Of a stretch of DNA of 64,000 bases, positions 1-9,574 are shown piece by piece. Source of the DNA: an uncultured Verrucomicrobiae bacterium. Its GTDB lineage: Bacteria > Verrucomicrobiota > Verrucomicrobiia > Limisphaerales > Palsa-1400. The notes under the pieces were generated by a model that was not told the DNA's origin, ran no database searches, and worked only from the letters and a program-made list of their open reading frames with translations. Both the position numbers and the translations under genes were made by a program. The stretch's first letter is position 1. Every line of letters begins with the position of its first letter. Location of the stretch: NCBI GenBank assembly GCA_963702845.1, contig OY969763.1, positions 4,864,001-4,928,000 of the forward strand, given 5' to 3'.

Positions 1-18
1 TTATGATTTACTTCGCGC

Positions 19-1251
19 GTGAAGGACCGAGCGCAACAAACTTACCGCTTCGACAATTGGCGCGCCATTAGCGCGGGCATCGTCGAAAGCGCCAGTGGCA
101 CGTTTCTGCTGCTGATCGCGGTGCGTTGGTTTCATGCAAGTGATACGGCGAAGGGTCTCATTGCGACGGGTGGCAGCCTGGGGTTTCTCGTCGCACCGCT
201 GATCGTTTCGTTTGTTGAAGCACGCCGATGGCCAACATCTCTTGCGGCCGCGCGGTTGTGTGCGCTTGGCGCGGTTTCCTTTTTCATCAGCGCGGCGCTA
301 CCAACGGTGCCGGTCTTCGTTGCGTGCGGCATCGTGGGGATGGCGACTGCGTCTGCAATCGTCCCGCTGATGACGCAGATTTATCAGGAGAATTACGGCG
401 CGAACGAACGCGGCCGACGCTTTTCCAGGACGTTGATGATTCGCATCGGAGCGACCGTTGCGTTTACAGAAATCGGCGGGCTCGTTCTTAAAAGCCATAT
501 CGATTACTCGCGCTATATTCTTTTGATCTTCGGCATCGCGATGGCGACGGCCGCCACCTGTCTTAAACGCATTCCTTCGTCGCCGCTGACCAATTCCGGC
601 AGCACACATCCGCTACGTGCATTACGCTTCGCGAAAACCGACCGGCTGTTCCGGCTCACCTTAATGAACTGGATGCTAATGGGAACGGGCACCTTGATGA
701 TGCAGCCTTTGCGCGTCGAATACGTGGCGAATCCAAAATACGGGCAAACGTGGGACGTGCTGACGATCGCATTGTTAACCGGCGTCATCCCGAACGCGGT
801 GCGATTGGTACTCAGTCCTTTTTGGGGTTGGCTCTTCGATCACGCGAATTTTTTCGTGCTCCGCGTCGTCCTGAACATCGGCTTCATGCTCAGCATCGTG
901 ACCTTTTTCATGAGCCAGACGTTCACCGGGTTGCTTATCGGCGCGCTCATTTACGGCATTTCAAACTCCGGTGGCGATATCGCCTGGAGTTTGTGGGTGA
1001 CGAAGTTCGCGCCGGCGCCACGCGTGGCCGATTACATGGCAGCGCATACGTTCTTTACCGGGTGCCGCGGAGTCGTCGCGCCGGTGTTGGCGTTCCAATT
1101 AATCGCCGCAAACGTCTCGATGGTGACGCTCGGTTGGATTTGCGCGGGGCTGATTGTCGGTGGCACGTTGTTGCTGGTGCCGGAAATACCGTTTGGCCGG
1201 TCAAGCCGACCTGCAGTTGCCCTGGCTGATAGAACGTTTGACGGCGACTAA
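19..1251 (+). CDS. MFS-type transporter
   Basis: 410 aa, about 12 hydrophobic segments, MFS-like loop 'YQENYGANERGRRFS'; GTG start. Confidence 0.75.
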   Translation: MKDRAQQTYRFDNWRAISAGIVESASGTFLLLIAVRWFHASDTAKGLIATGGSLGFLVAPLIVSFVEARRWPTSLAAARLCALGAVSFFISAALPTVPVFVACGIVGMATASAIVPLMTQIYQENYGANERGRRFSRTLMIRIGATVAFTEIGGLVLKSHIDYSRYILLIFGIAMATAATCLKRIPSSPLTNSGSTHPLRALRFAKTDRLFRLTLMNWMLMGTGTLMMQPLRVEYVANPKYGQTWDVLTIALLTGVIPNAVRLVLSPFWGWLFDHANFFVLRVVLNIGFMLSIVTFFMSQTFTGLLIGALIYGISNSGGDIAWSLWVTKFAPAPRVADYMAAHTFFTGCRGVVAPVLAFQLIAANVSMVTLGWICAGLIVGGTLLLVPEIPFGRSSRPAVALADRTFDGD

Positions 1252-1472
1252 TCGCCTTCGCAGTCGTTCGGTTCGGGAACGAAATTCTTGAAGACAGCCA
1301 AGCCTTCTTTGACGACTTTCATCGTTTGGCTGTCCACCACCTGATAATACCGGTTTGGTTCGCCGAGGATGTTATCGAGCGCTTCGGAAATGCTGTCGAA
1401 AGAGTCCAGGAAATCTTTGTGACCGCCGAAAGAACGACCTACGTAATAGGTATAGAGCAGATACTGTTTCAT
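1248..1472 (-). CDS. small hypothetical protein
   Basis: 74-aa ORF convergent with the MFS gene, protein-like composition. Confidence 0.6.
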   Translation of the reverse strand: MKQYLLYTYYVGRSFGGHKDFLDSFDSISEALDNILGEPNRYYQVVDSQTMKVVKEGLAVFKNFVPEPNDCEGD

Positions 1473-1549
1473 TGAGGTGACCCTGACCCAACGCCAGGGA
1501 AGTTTGGTTGCATGGCCCTTCCTTTAGCAACCGGTATGCCGAAAAATCC

Positions 1550-1640
1550 AAGGTAGAAGGCTGAAGGCAGAAGGATGAAGAAAACACCGTAAATTGCGTT
1601 CAAAATTATTTTCAGCCTTCTGCCTTCATCCTTCATCCTT
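1550..1640. repeat. heptamer-based inverted repeat, (GAAGGAT/GAAGGCT/GAAGGCA)n ... (ATCCTTC)n
   Basis: left arm aaggtagaaggctgaaggcagaaggatgaa (1550-1579), right arm ttcagccttctgccttcatccttcatcctt (1611-1640). Confidence 0.8.
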
Positions 1641-1698
1641 TCAGAAAGTGTCCTGCTTCTGGACAAACTCCCGTGGGCACGCGTATCATAGTCATTCA

Positions 1699-4623
1699 AT
1701 GCGCCTCCCCGTTGTCCTATGTGCTGTATTACTGACAGCGTCTCACGTATTAGCCCAAGGGTTCGCGCCGGAAGAGGCTGTCCGGCGCATGAAGCTACCG
1801 TCCGGCTTCGAAGCAAAACTGGTCGCAAGCGAACCGGATATTGCCCAGCCCGTCTGCATCGAATTCGACGAACGCGGACGCCTTTGGGTTATTCAATACC
1901 TGCAGTATCCCAACCCGGCAGGCCTCAACCGCGTCAAAGTTGACCGCTATTCACGAACGGTTTACGACAAAATTCCCGAACCACCGCCGCATGGAACGAA
2001 AGGCGCCGATCGCATCACGATCATGGACCAGTTCGATGACAATGGTCGGGCGCATCGATTCAAAGACTTTGTGAATGGGCTTAATCTCACCAGCGGTTTG
2101 GCATTCGGCCATGGCGGCGTGTTTGTTTTACAAATTCCCTATTTGCTCTTTTACCCGGATCGCAATCATGACGACGTGCCAGACAGCGACCCTGAAGTGT
2201 TGCTCACGGGTTTCGGGATGGAAGATGCGCACTCGGTTGCGAACTCGCTCACATGGGGGCCGGACGGCTGGCTTTATGGTTGTCAGGGCAGCACCGTAAC
2301 AGCGCGTATTCGCGGCATTGAATTTCAACAAGGTGTTTGGCGTTACCATCCGATTACGCACAAGTTCGAATTATTCTGCGAAGGCGGCGGCAATTCGTGG
2401 GGGCTAGATTTCGATGAAGACGGTAATTTGATTTATTCCACCAACCTCGGCCCGTATCGCATGTTGCATGGCGTCCAAGGCGGCTATTACTGGAAAAGCT
2501 TCGGCAAACATGGCGCGCTCCACAATCCCTATACTTACGGTTACTTCGACCATGTTCCTTACAGCAACTTCACGGGCGGCCATGTCACGGATGGCGGAAT
2601 CATTTATCAAGGTGACCAATTTCCCGCTGAGTTCCGCGGCAAATACATTGCCAATGATCTCCTCGGCCACGCTGTGCAATGGCACAACCTCCAACGCAAC
2701 GGTTCGACGTTCAACGCAAGCTACGGTAGCGAATTGCTGACACCAAACGACACCTGGTTTGCACCGAGCGATCTGACGATGGGACCCGACGGTTCTTTGT
2801 ATGTCGCCGATTGGTATGACAAACGAACGGCGCATCCGGATCCGGATGCGGATTGGGACCGGAGTAATGGCCGGATCTACCAGATTCGGTACAATGGAAC
2901 GAACGTCGAACATGGAACGTCCAATTTCCAACGTCCAACGTTCGACAAAGCGAAAAGCAAGGAACTCGTGAAGATGTTGGGTGAAAGCAACGATTGGAAC
3001 GTTCGTTGGGCGCGACACACTCTGGCAGATCGACGAGACAAGTCCGTCATCCCAATCCTGCGCAATACGATTCTGCAATCTACTAACGACCATCTCGCGC
3101 TTGAATCGCTGTGGGCTCTTTACGTGAGCGGCGGTCTGGATGACAAGTTCTCGGGCCAACTTCTTCAACATCGTTTGCCACAGATTCGTAGCTGGGCGGT
3201 GCGCCTACTCGGCGATGAAGGTAAAGCTGCTCGCAACGTGCTTTCATTAGCAACGACAGAAACAAACGTGATGGTGCGCAGCCAACTCGCGTCCACAGCC
3301 AATCGCCTTCCAGCCATCGAAGGGCTCGCGGTCACCGGAACGCTTGCTCTACGCGACGTGAACGCCAAAGATCCTTACATTCCCCTGCTCCTCTGGTGGG
3401 CCGTCGAGGCTCATTGCGTGTCTCACGTCGAACAATGCATCAACATTTTTGCCGCCGTTGACGCATGGCACCATCCGGTCGTGAACGAGACAATCGCGCC
3501 ACGCTTGATGCGGCGCTACGCTGCGGAAGGCTCAAGCGCCACCCTTGCTGGCTGCGCTGAAATCCTAAAACGCGCACCTGCGAACTATCGCGCATCAATG
3601 CTCGCATCGCTCAATGAAGGTTTGCAGGAATGCACGAACAAGTTGGTTTCTGTGGCTGCACTGGAAGAGCAATTGTCGCGCGACAACTCAAACGTGATCG
3701 CCGTCCAGATTGCGGCACGATTAGGACAAGACTCGGCGCGGCGTCATACCGTCGAAATTGCGACGAACACTAAAGCCCCGAAGGCAGATCGCTTAACGAT
3801 GTTGAAACTGTTAGCAGATTTAGCGCCGGCAGAATGTGAGCCCGCGGTACTCCCGATGGTGAATGCCACGGAGCCGGAGTCCATTCAAATCGGCGCGCTT
3901 GAAGTGCTGCAACATTTCGATAACCCGGAAATCACAACGCACGTTTTAGCGGATTATGCGAAAATGTCTGAGCCGGTGCGTTCGCGTGCGCGCGATTTAT
4001 TACTGACACGCAAGGCCGGCACCCTTGCACTCTTGCAACAGGTGGACACCGGAAAAATGGCCGCCACACAAATCCCACTCGACCAACTGCGGCGCGTCTC
4101 GCTCCACAATGATCAACAGCTCAATGAGCTCGTGCGCAAACACTGGGGCAACGTCACTGGCGGCACACCCGAAGAAAAACTTGCGGTCGTTCGTCGTTTC
4201 AACAACGACCTTCGCGCGGCTTACGGCGACCCTGCACGTGGTCATGACTTGTTCGTGAGGACGTGTGGTGTTTGTCATCAACTATTCGGGGAAGGAACGC
4301 CCGTCGGCCCGGACCTGACGCACGCAAATCGGCCAGACCGCGATTTCCTGCTCGTCAGCATCGTCGACCCGAGCGCGGTCATTCGCAAAGAATTCCTCAA
4401 CTATAACGTCGAATTAAAAGATGGCAGTGTGCTGAGCGGCTTGATCGTTGAACAATCGCCGAACAGCATCACGCTGGCAGTGGCGAAAAATGAACGGACG
4501 ATCATTCTGCGGTCGAACATTAAAGAATTACGCGAATCGGCAGTCTCACTCATGCCGGAAGGTCTGCTGCAAGCGCTCAAACCGCAGGAGCTGCGCGATC
4601 TGTTCAGTTATTTGCAGAAATAA
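1699..4623 (+). CDS. PVC-type membrane-bound dehydrogenase domain protein with C-terminal heme-binding CxxCH domain
   Basis: signal peptide, 'LPSGFEAKLVASEPDIAQP' start, beta-propeller motifs (WGPDGWLY, GPDGSLYVADWYD), HEAT-like repeats, CGVCH..VGPDLT..SLMPEGL; ATG at 1699 preferred. Confidence 0.85.
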   Translation: MRLPVVLCAVLLTASHVLAQGFAPEEAVRRMKLPSGFEAKLVASEPDIAQPVCIEFDERGRLWVIQYLQYPNPAGLNRVKVDRYSRTVYDKIPEPPPHGTKGADRITIMDQFDDNGRAHRFKDFVNGLNLTSGLAFGHGGVFVLQIPYLLFYPDRNHDDVPDSDPEVLLTGFGMEDAHSVANSLTWGPDGWLYGCQGSTVTARIRGIEFQQGVWRYHPITHKFELFCEGGGNSWGLDFDEDGNLIYSTNLGPYRMLHGVQGGYYWKSFGKHGALHNPYTYGYFDHVPYSNFTGGHVTDGGIIYQGDQFPAEFRGKYIANDLLGHAVQWHNLQRNGSTFNASYGSELLTPNDTWFAPSDLTMGPDGSLYVADWYDKRTAHPDPDADWDRSNGRIYQIRYNGTNVEHGTSNFQRPTFDKAKSKELVKMLGESNDWNVRWARHTLADRRDKSVIPILRNTILQSTNDHLALESLWALYVSGGLDDKFSGQLLQHRLPQIRSWAVRLLGDEGKAARNVLSLATTETNVMVRSQLASTANRLPAIEGLAVTGTLALRDVNAKDPYIPLLLWWAVEAHCVSHVEQCINIFAAVDAWHHPVVNETIAPRLMRRYAAEGSSATLAGCAEILKRAPANYRASMLASLNEGLQECTNKLVSVAALEEQLSRDNSNVIAVQIAARLGQDSARRHTVEIATNTKAPKADRLTMLKLLADLAPAECEPAVLPMVNATEPESIQIGALEVLQHFDNPEITTHVLADYAKMSEPVRSRARDLLLTRKAGTLALLQQVDTGKMAATQIPLDQLRRVSLHNDQQLNELVRKHWGNVTGGTPEEKLAVVRRFNNDLRAAYGDPARGHDLFVRTCGVCHQLFGEGTPVGPDLTHANRPDRDFLLVSIVDPSAVIRKEFLNYNVELKDGSVLSGLIVEQSPNSITLAVAKNERTIILRSNIKELRESAVSLMPEGLLQALKPQELRDLFSYLQK

Positions 4624-5476
4624 GTGATGGCAGGAAAATACGGTCTGCGTTAGACGATTTCTCTACGACTTTTTCGGAATCTCCTTGTGAGGTCCGTCTG
4701 GCTGTGATGCAGTCGCGCAAAAGTTCATCAACGGTGACGAACTGATATCCACGCTTCTGCAGTTCATCACACAGTTCGCCCAGGCGCCGAAACATTTTAT
4801 CTTTGCGCTCAGCGCCCGAACCCAGATGCATCAACAGGAGATACCCGTTCAGGCCGTGTTGTTTTTCTTGCTGCAAGATGCTGTCGAAAATCGTCTGAGA
4901 CGAAACAAAGTTGCGCGATCGTTCTTCCGTGTAATCAGCCGCTGATCGCGTTCCCGGTGTGTGGTTGATTAACACCAGTCCGACCTCGTGCGTCCAATCT
5001 ACAATTTCGTGATTGTACCATTCATAGGGCGGCATGAAAAACTTGATGCGCTCGCGCTGCACACCGGCATTTTCCAGCGCAGAAAGATTTTGTTTCAAAT
5101 CGTCGGCAAAGAAATCCTTCGTGACCAACGTTCTCTTTTTGCCGGTCCACGGGCATAGCAGTGGATGACTGTTTGAATGCGGCCCGATGTAATGGCCGTC
5201 TTTCACCATGCGCCGAATCATGGCTTTGTTTTCAGCGCGCCGCGCGCAACAGCCGGTGAGGAAAAACGATGCCTTCAGGTGCCGCGATCCCAATTCGTCA
5301 AGAATCGTGGGCGCGCCTTCGACAAATTCGTGGGCGCTAAATTCCAAAGCAATTCGCTTTTGCGATTGCGAGCCTCGGACAACGCCGCCATCGATATATT
5401 CGCACGTCCCGTCGACCGCGCGAACTACGGTCACGCTGAGCAGCAGAGCGGCGCTCAGCGGTAACATCCAACGCAT
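4604..5476 (-). CDS. polysaccharide deacetylase (NodB/CE4 family), secreted
   Basis: signal peptide; KASFFLTG, GHYIGPHSNSH, FMPPY and LLMH motifs. Confidence 0.8.
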   Translation of the reverse strand: MRWMLPLSAALLLSVTVVRAVDGTCEYIDGGVVRGSQSQKRIALEFSAHEFVEGAPTILDELGSRHLKASFFLTGCCARRAENKAMIRRMVKDGHYIGPHSNSHPLLCPWTGKKRTLVTKDFFADDLKQNLSALENAGVQRERIKFFMPPYEWYNHEIVDWTHEVGLVLINHTPGTRSAADYTEERSRNFVSSQTIFDSILQQEKQHGLNGYLLLMHLGSGAERKDKMFRRLGELCDELQKRGYQFVTVDELLRDCITARRTSQGDSEKVVEKSSNADRIFLPSLISANN

Positions 5477-5485
5477 AATTACAAC

Positions 5486-6904
5486 TCAGGTGAGATTTTT
5501 TGCAGGGGAAGTATCACGTGTTTGACATTGCCAAAAATACAGCGGTAATCCAAGCAATATCAGAGCGATTCCGACAATGGACTCCAAACGGCTGGTTTGC
5601 AGTGTGTTAATGAGCAGCCAAATTGCAACCACGATGAAAATCAACGGCACTATGGGATAACCAAGCGTCTTATATGGCCGCGGAGCATCTGGCATTTTGT
5701 GACGCAGGACGAAAACCGCCGCTGTCGTAGACGCGTAAAAAATCATTCCCGCAAACACGACGCAGTCGGTGAGTTGATCAAAGGTACCCGACAACGCCAG
5801 CAGACAAGCCCATAACGATTGCAGAATAATTGCCGACACCGGAACCGAAGTGTGTTCGCTCAGCTTCGCAAATCGCGAGAAGAACAAACCGTCGCGTGCC
5901 ATAGCATAAGGGATACGTGCGCTGGTCAGGATTGAGCCGTTCAGAACGCCAACGGTGGAAAGCAGTGCGGCGATGGAGAACAACTGAGCGCCGAAGTGCG
6001 GCAGGAACGTTTGCGCTGCTTTACTCGCGACGGGCGCACCTAGCGGATGGAGCGTGGAACGCGCTGTCAGAATTTCTTCGGTCGGCAACGCATAGCAATA
6101 CGCCAGGTTTACTAAACCATAGACGAGCAGCACGATCGCCATTCCCAGGACCAAAGCACGGGGCACGTTGCGACCCGGATCTTTCACTTCACCAGCAGCC
6201 ATCGGCATATTGTTCCAGCCGTCGTAAGCCCAAAGCGCCGCCAGCATCGCCATGCCGAACGCCGAAAATCCGCTCCACGACGACGCACCCGGCGGATTCT
6301 TTAAATGCTCCCACCTCGCGCCCGGCGAAAAAAAGAACACACCCACAATAATCGCGGCGATCCCGAGAACTTTTCCGAGCGTCAGAATCAATTGCACCCT
6401 ACCGCCAAAAACAACGCGCGCACAGTTGATCGCCGAGAAGAGTAAAATCACGCCGACAGCAACGACCTGTTGCACGCCAAAACTCCAATCAACTTTTTGC
6501 CCGAGGAAATTAAACGAAGCTTTGGCCCACACGGCGTTCAGTGGAATCAGTCCCGAAAGAAAAACCGCAAAGGCAACACCGAAGCTGGCAATCGAGCCCG
6601 TTGAGCCCACGATGAGGCGCATCCAACCAAACAAGAACGCGGGAACATCTCCGTAAGCTGCGCGCAAATAAACATACTCACCGCCCGCGTGCGGCAACAT
6701 CGCACCGAGTTCGGCGTAACTCAGCGCACCGGCGAGCGACAACAAACCAGCCGCAACCCACGCCAGCAGCACCAATTGCGGCGTGCCCACTGCCTGAGCC
6801 ATCTTGGCCGTCTTGAGAAAAACTCCCGTGCCGATAATTGTCCCCACTACCAGCGCGGTCGTATCGCCCAACGTTAGGCCGCGAACAAGTTGGTGTTTAC
6901 TCAT
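5486..6904 (-). CDS. APC-family amino acid permease
   Basis: GTIIGTGVF, YAELGAMLPHAGGEYVY, WAYDGW and RPYK motifs; about 12 TM segments. Confidence 0.9.
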   Translation of the reverse strand: MSKHQLVRGLTLGDTTALVVGTIIGTGVFLKTAKMAQAVGTPQLVLLAWVAAGLLSLAGALSYAELGAMLPHAGGEYVYLRAAYGDVPAFLFGWMRLIVGSTGSIASFGVAFAVFLSGLIPLNAVWAKASFNFLGQKVDWSFGVQQVVAVGVILLFSAINCARVVFGGRVQLILTLGKVLGIAAIIVGVFFFSPGARWEHLKNPPGASSWSGFSAFGMAMLAALWAYDGWNNMPMAAGEVKDPGRNVPRALVLGMAIVLLVYGLVNLAYCYALPTEEILTARSTLHPLGAPVASKAAQTFLPHFGAQLFSIAALLSTVGVLNGSILTSARIPYAMARDGLFFSRFAKLSEHTSVPVSAIILQSLWACLLALSGTFDQLTDCVVFAGMIFYASTTAAVFVLRHKMPDAPRPYKTLGYPIVPLIFIVVAIWLLINTLQTSRLESIVGIALILLGLPLYFWQCQTRDTSPAKNLT

Positions 6905-8283
6905 GGTGAACCCAGGACGATTTTACAGATAACGACCGACGCGATAATTCCCGCCGCGTCCGCCAGCAACCCAGCGGCGATCGCATGGCGCGTCCTGCGA
7001 ATACCAACCGCGCCGAAATAAACAGCAACGACATAGAAGGTCGTCTCCGTGCTGCCATACATCGTCGCGGCCATTTTGCTGAAGATGTGATCGGGTCCGT
7101 AATGCGTAATGACGTCCGACAGCAAGGCCAGGCTTCCGCTGCCGCTCAGTGGTCGCATGAAAGCGAGCGTGAGCAACTCCGTTGGAAAACCAATTGCAGT
7201 CAAAAGCGGTTTCAGCCCCATCGCAATCAGTTCGATTCCGTGCGCGGCACGGAACATGGCAACCGCAGCCAAAATCGTCACCAAATAAGGAATGATGCGC
7301 ACTGCCACTTGAAAACCCTCCTTGGCGCCGTCAACGAACTCCTCATAAACCTTCACCCGGCGCAACGCGGCATAGAGCGGAAAAAACGAAAGAAAGAACG
7401 GGATCGCCAGCAATGAGATCCCATTCACGATCCGTGAAAACGTGCTTGTGTTCATTGCGTCGGCATTTGGCTTTGGGCCGAAACCTAATTGAGGAAACGA
7501 CAGTGATATCCAGAGCCAAACAAAAAATAAAAAGAAAGCCGTCAGGACGGCTATCGCCCACGGAGTCAGCGGTGCCGCCGGATGCCGTGCTTGCTCGACC
7601 TTTTCAGCTATGGATGTGCTGGTGAGCGGCGCTTGAGTCGAATCGGAAAGTACATCCTCTGGACGCGGTCGGAACATCGGCAGCTTTTGCAACGTCTTCA
7701 CCGCCGTCAGCCCGACGATCTGCGCGCAAACCGTCGCTAGAAACGCAGTGCCGACAATGGCTGTAGGATTTTTTGCTCCTTTAACCGCGAGCAGGCCGAC
7801 CGCGGTCGCTGGGATCAATTGAATGGAAGCCGTGTTGATGGCCAGAAACGTGCACATCGCATTCGTCGCGCTACTGGGGTGCGGATTTAATTTTTGCAAC
7901 TCCTGCATCGCCCGCAAACCGAGAGGCGTTGCCGCGTTGCCAAGCCCAAGCATGTTCGCGGCGATGTTCATCACCATCGACCCCATGGCCGGATGGTCGG
8001 CGGGCACGTCGGGAAACAACCACCGCAAAATCGGACGCAACGCGCGCGCGAGCACTTGCACAAGCCCGGAACGATCAGCGAGCCGCATCACACCAAGCCA
8101 GATCGTCATGATGGCCGAAAGAGGCAGTGCAAGGTCCATCACCGCCGTCTTCGCCATGTCGAAAGCCGACTTTATGACGGCGTCCAGGCCACCGCCCGGC
8201 AGAGTTTCGCTCGGATGAATGGTATTGTAGCCGCCTAGAATGACGGCAAGAACGACGAGCGCGAGCCAGATGTAGTTTAACAT
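6901..8283 (-). CDS. fused SpmA/SpmB (nucleoside recognition Gate domain) membrane protein
   Basis: ANMLGLGNAATPLGLRAM (SpmA) and YEEFVDGAKEG..RPLSGSG..GSTETTFYV (SpmB) in one ORF. Confidence 0.88.
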   Translation of the reverse strand: MLNYIWLALVVLAVILGGYNTIHPSETLPGGGLDAVIKSAFDMAKTAVMDLALPLSAIMTIWLGVMRLADRSGLVQVLARALRPILRWLFPDVPADHPAMGSMVMNIAANMLGLGNAATPLGLRAMQELQKLNPHPSSATNAMCTFLAINTASIQLIPATAVGLLAVKGAKNPTAIVGTAFLATVCAQIVGLTAVKTLQKLPMFRPRPEDVLSDSTQAPLTSTSIAEKVEQARHPAAPLTPWAIAVLTAFFLFFVWLWISLSFPQLGFGPKPNADAMNTSTFSRIVNGISLLAIPFFLSFFPLYAALRRVKVYEEFVDGAKEGFQVAVRIIPYLVTILAAVAMFRAAHGIELIAMGLKPLLTAIGFPTELLTLAFMRPLSGSGSLALLSDVITHYGPDHIFSKMAATMYGSTETTFYVVAVYFGAVGIRRTRHAIAAGLLADAAGIIASVVICKIVLGSP

Positions 8284-8308
8284 TGGCCCTGGTTTGGTTG
8301 ACTGCCGA

Positions 8309-9052
8309 TCACGGTCGAATCATCGGCAACTGCCACGATTTTTGCAATTGCAAGTATTCGGATTCGGGAAACTGAACCAGCAGCGGTTTCGCTTTCGGAT
8401 CGAGCCACTTCATCACGCGTTTCAAATCGCTCTCACCCATCGCGGTGCAGCCGGTCGTCCCGATGTGTGGGCCAGTCCAGATGTGCAGAAAAATGCACGA
8501 ACCATTGCCCGGTTTGCGCTCCGCGTTATGGTCAACAACCACGCCCCAGCGATACAGCACATCTTTACGATGCATTTGCTCGGAGCTGGTCCAGTCGCGT
8601 TTCGCCACCGTTGCACTGTCGAGAACCTGGTTGTAGCGGCTGGATTTTCCGTCGTCGACGCACTCGATCGCATCGGTGCATTGGACGTACGGCAGCTTAA
8701 CCCAGCGCGCCTGGTCCGACGGCGCGTAGCCGAAAGCAGTTGGCAAACCGAGAACACCAGCGGGACTGCGCCCATCGCCTTCATGCTTCACCGGAATTTC
8801 TCCTCGGATTGCGATCGGAAGTTTCAAGCCTTCGGCCAAACCGAGGCCGCTATGTCCCACCACGATGGCGACTGCTTTTCCGCTCTGCTTCCAAGTGCCG
8901 TTTTTCCTCAGTTCAAAACAACGCAGTTGCCCGTCCACATTCATCCAGCCTTTGGTGACGACAACCACCAATTGCTGGCACTCGCTGGAAACCGGCGACG
9001 ATTGCGCGAACGCACCAAACGAAGCTAGCAGGAAAATTACAATGAAGCGCAC
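8309..9052 (-). CDS. YkuD-like L,D-transpeptidase family protein, secreted
   Basis: signal peptide; KHEGDGRSPAG and GSCIFLHIW..TTGC catalytic His/Cys motif. Confidence 0.8.
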   Translation of the reverse strand: MRFIVIFLLASFGAFAQSSPVSSECQQLVVVVTKGWMNVDGQLRCFELRKNGTWKQSGKAVAIVVGHSGLGLAEGLKLPIAIRGEIPVKHEGDGRSPAGVLGLPTAFGYAPSDQARWVKLPYVQCTDAIECVDDGKSSRYNQVLDSATVAKRDWTSSEQMHRKDVLYRWGVVVDHNAERKPGNGSCIFLHIWTGPHIGTTGCTAMGESDLKRVMKWLDPKAKPLLVQFPESEYLQLQKSWQLPMIRP

Positions 9053-9091
9053 GGGCCGATGTTATCCAAGCGTTGCCCGCGCGCAAATGGT

Positions 9092-9487
9092 TTAACGATC
9101 GTACTGTTTGAACATGGCCAGCTTCCCATCCGACCCGAACACCAATCGCAACCACCGGTTGTAAAAATCCGGCCCGGTCGGATAACCGTAACCGATTGCC
9201 GGCGCAACCCAGCCATGTTGCCAATATCCGCCGCTGTAACCATAGGTCGCGCAATCCAACGTGTAATGCGCCAGCGCCCATTCGGCAACAGCGCTGTTAT
9301 CATTGAGCTTCTGAAATTTGTCCGGCACACCCAATTCCTTTATCGCCTGGTCATAATTGTATTGGCCAATGCGCGTGTTCCAGTTGACTCGGTGCGGAGT
9401 CATGCAGCCATTGGTCAAAGTCATCAGCACCACCGCCGCGATCAAAGATAGAATCAAACGCATAACATGCCTTTCTGCGGCAATCAT
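9092..9487 (-). CDS. hypothetical lipoprotein
   Basis: hydrophobic stretch with LTNGC lipobox; 'ELGVPD' SmpA/BamE-like motif. Confidence 0.6.
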   Translation of the reverse strand: MIAAERHVMRLILSLIAAVVLMTLTNGCMTPHRVNWNTRIGQYNYDQAIKELGVPDKFQKLNDNSAVAEWALAHYTLDCATYGYSGGYWQHGWVAPAIGYGYPTGPDFYNRWLRLVFGSDGKLAMFKQYDR

Positions 9488-9574
9488 GAACCCGCGGGCA
9501 ATTTCAGTTCAATCGTCGAGGCCCTTATTTTCCTTTGCTCTTCTCCCGATACTTGCGGTTAAATTGACCCTTAC

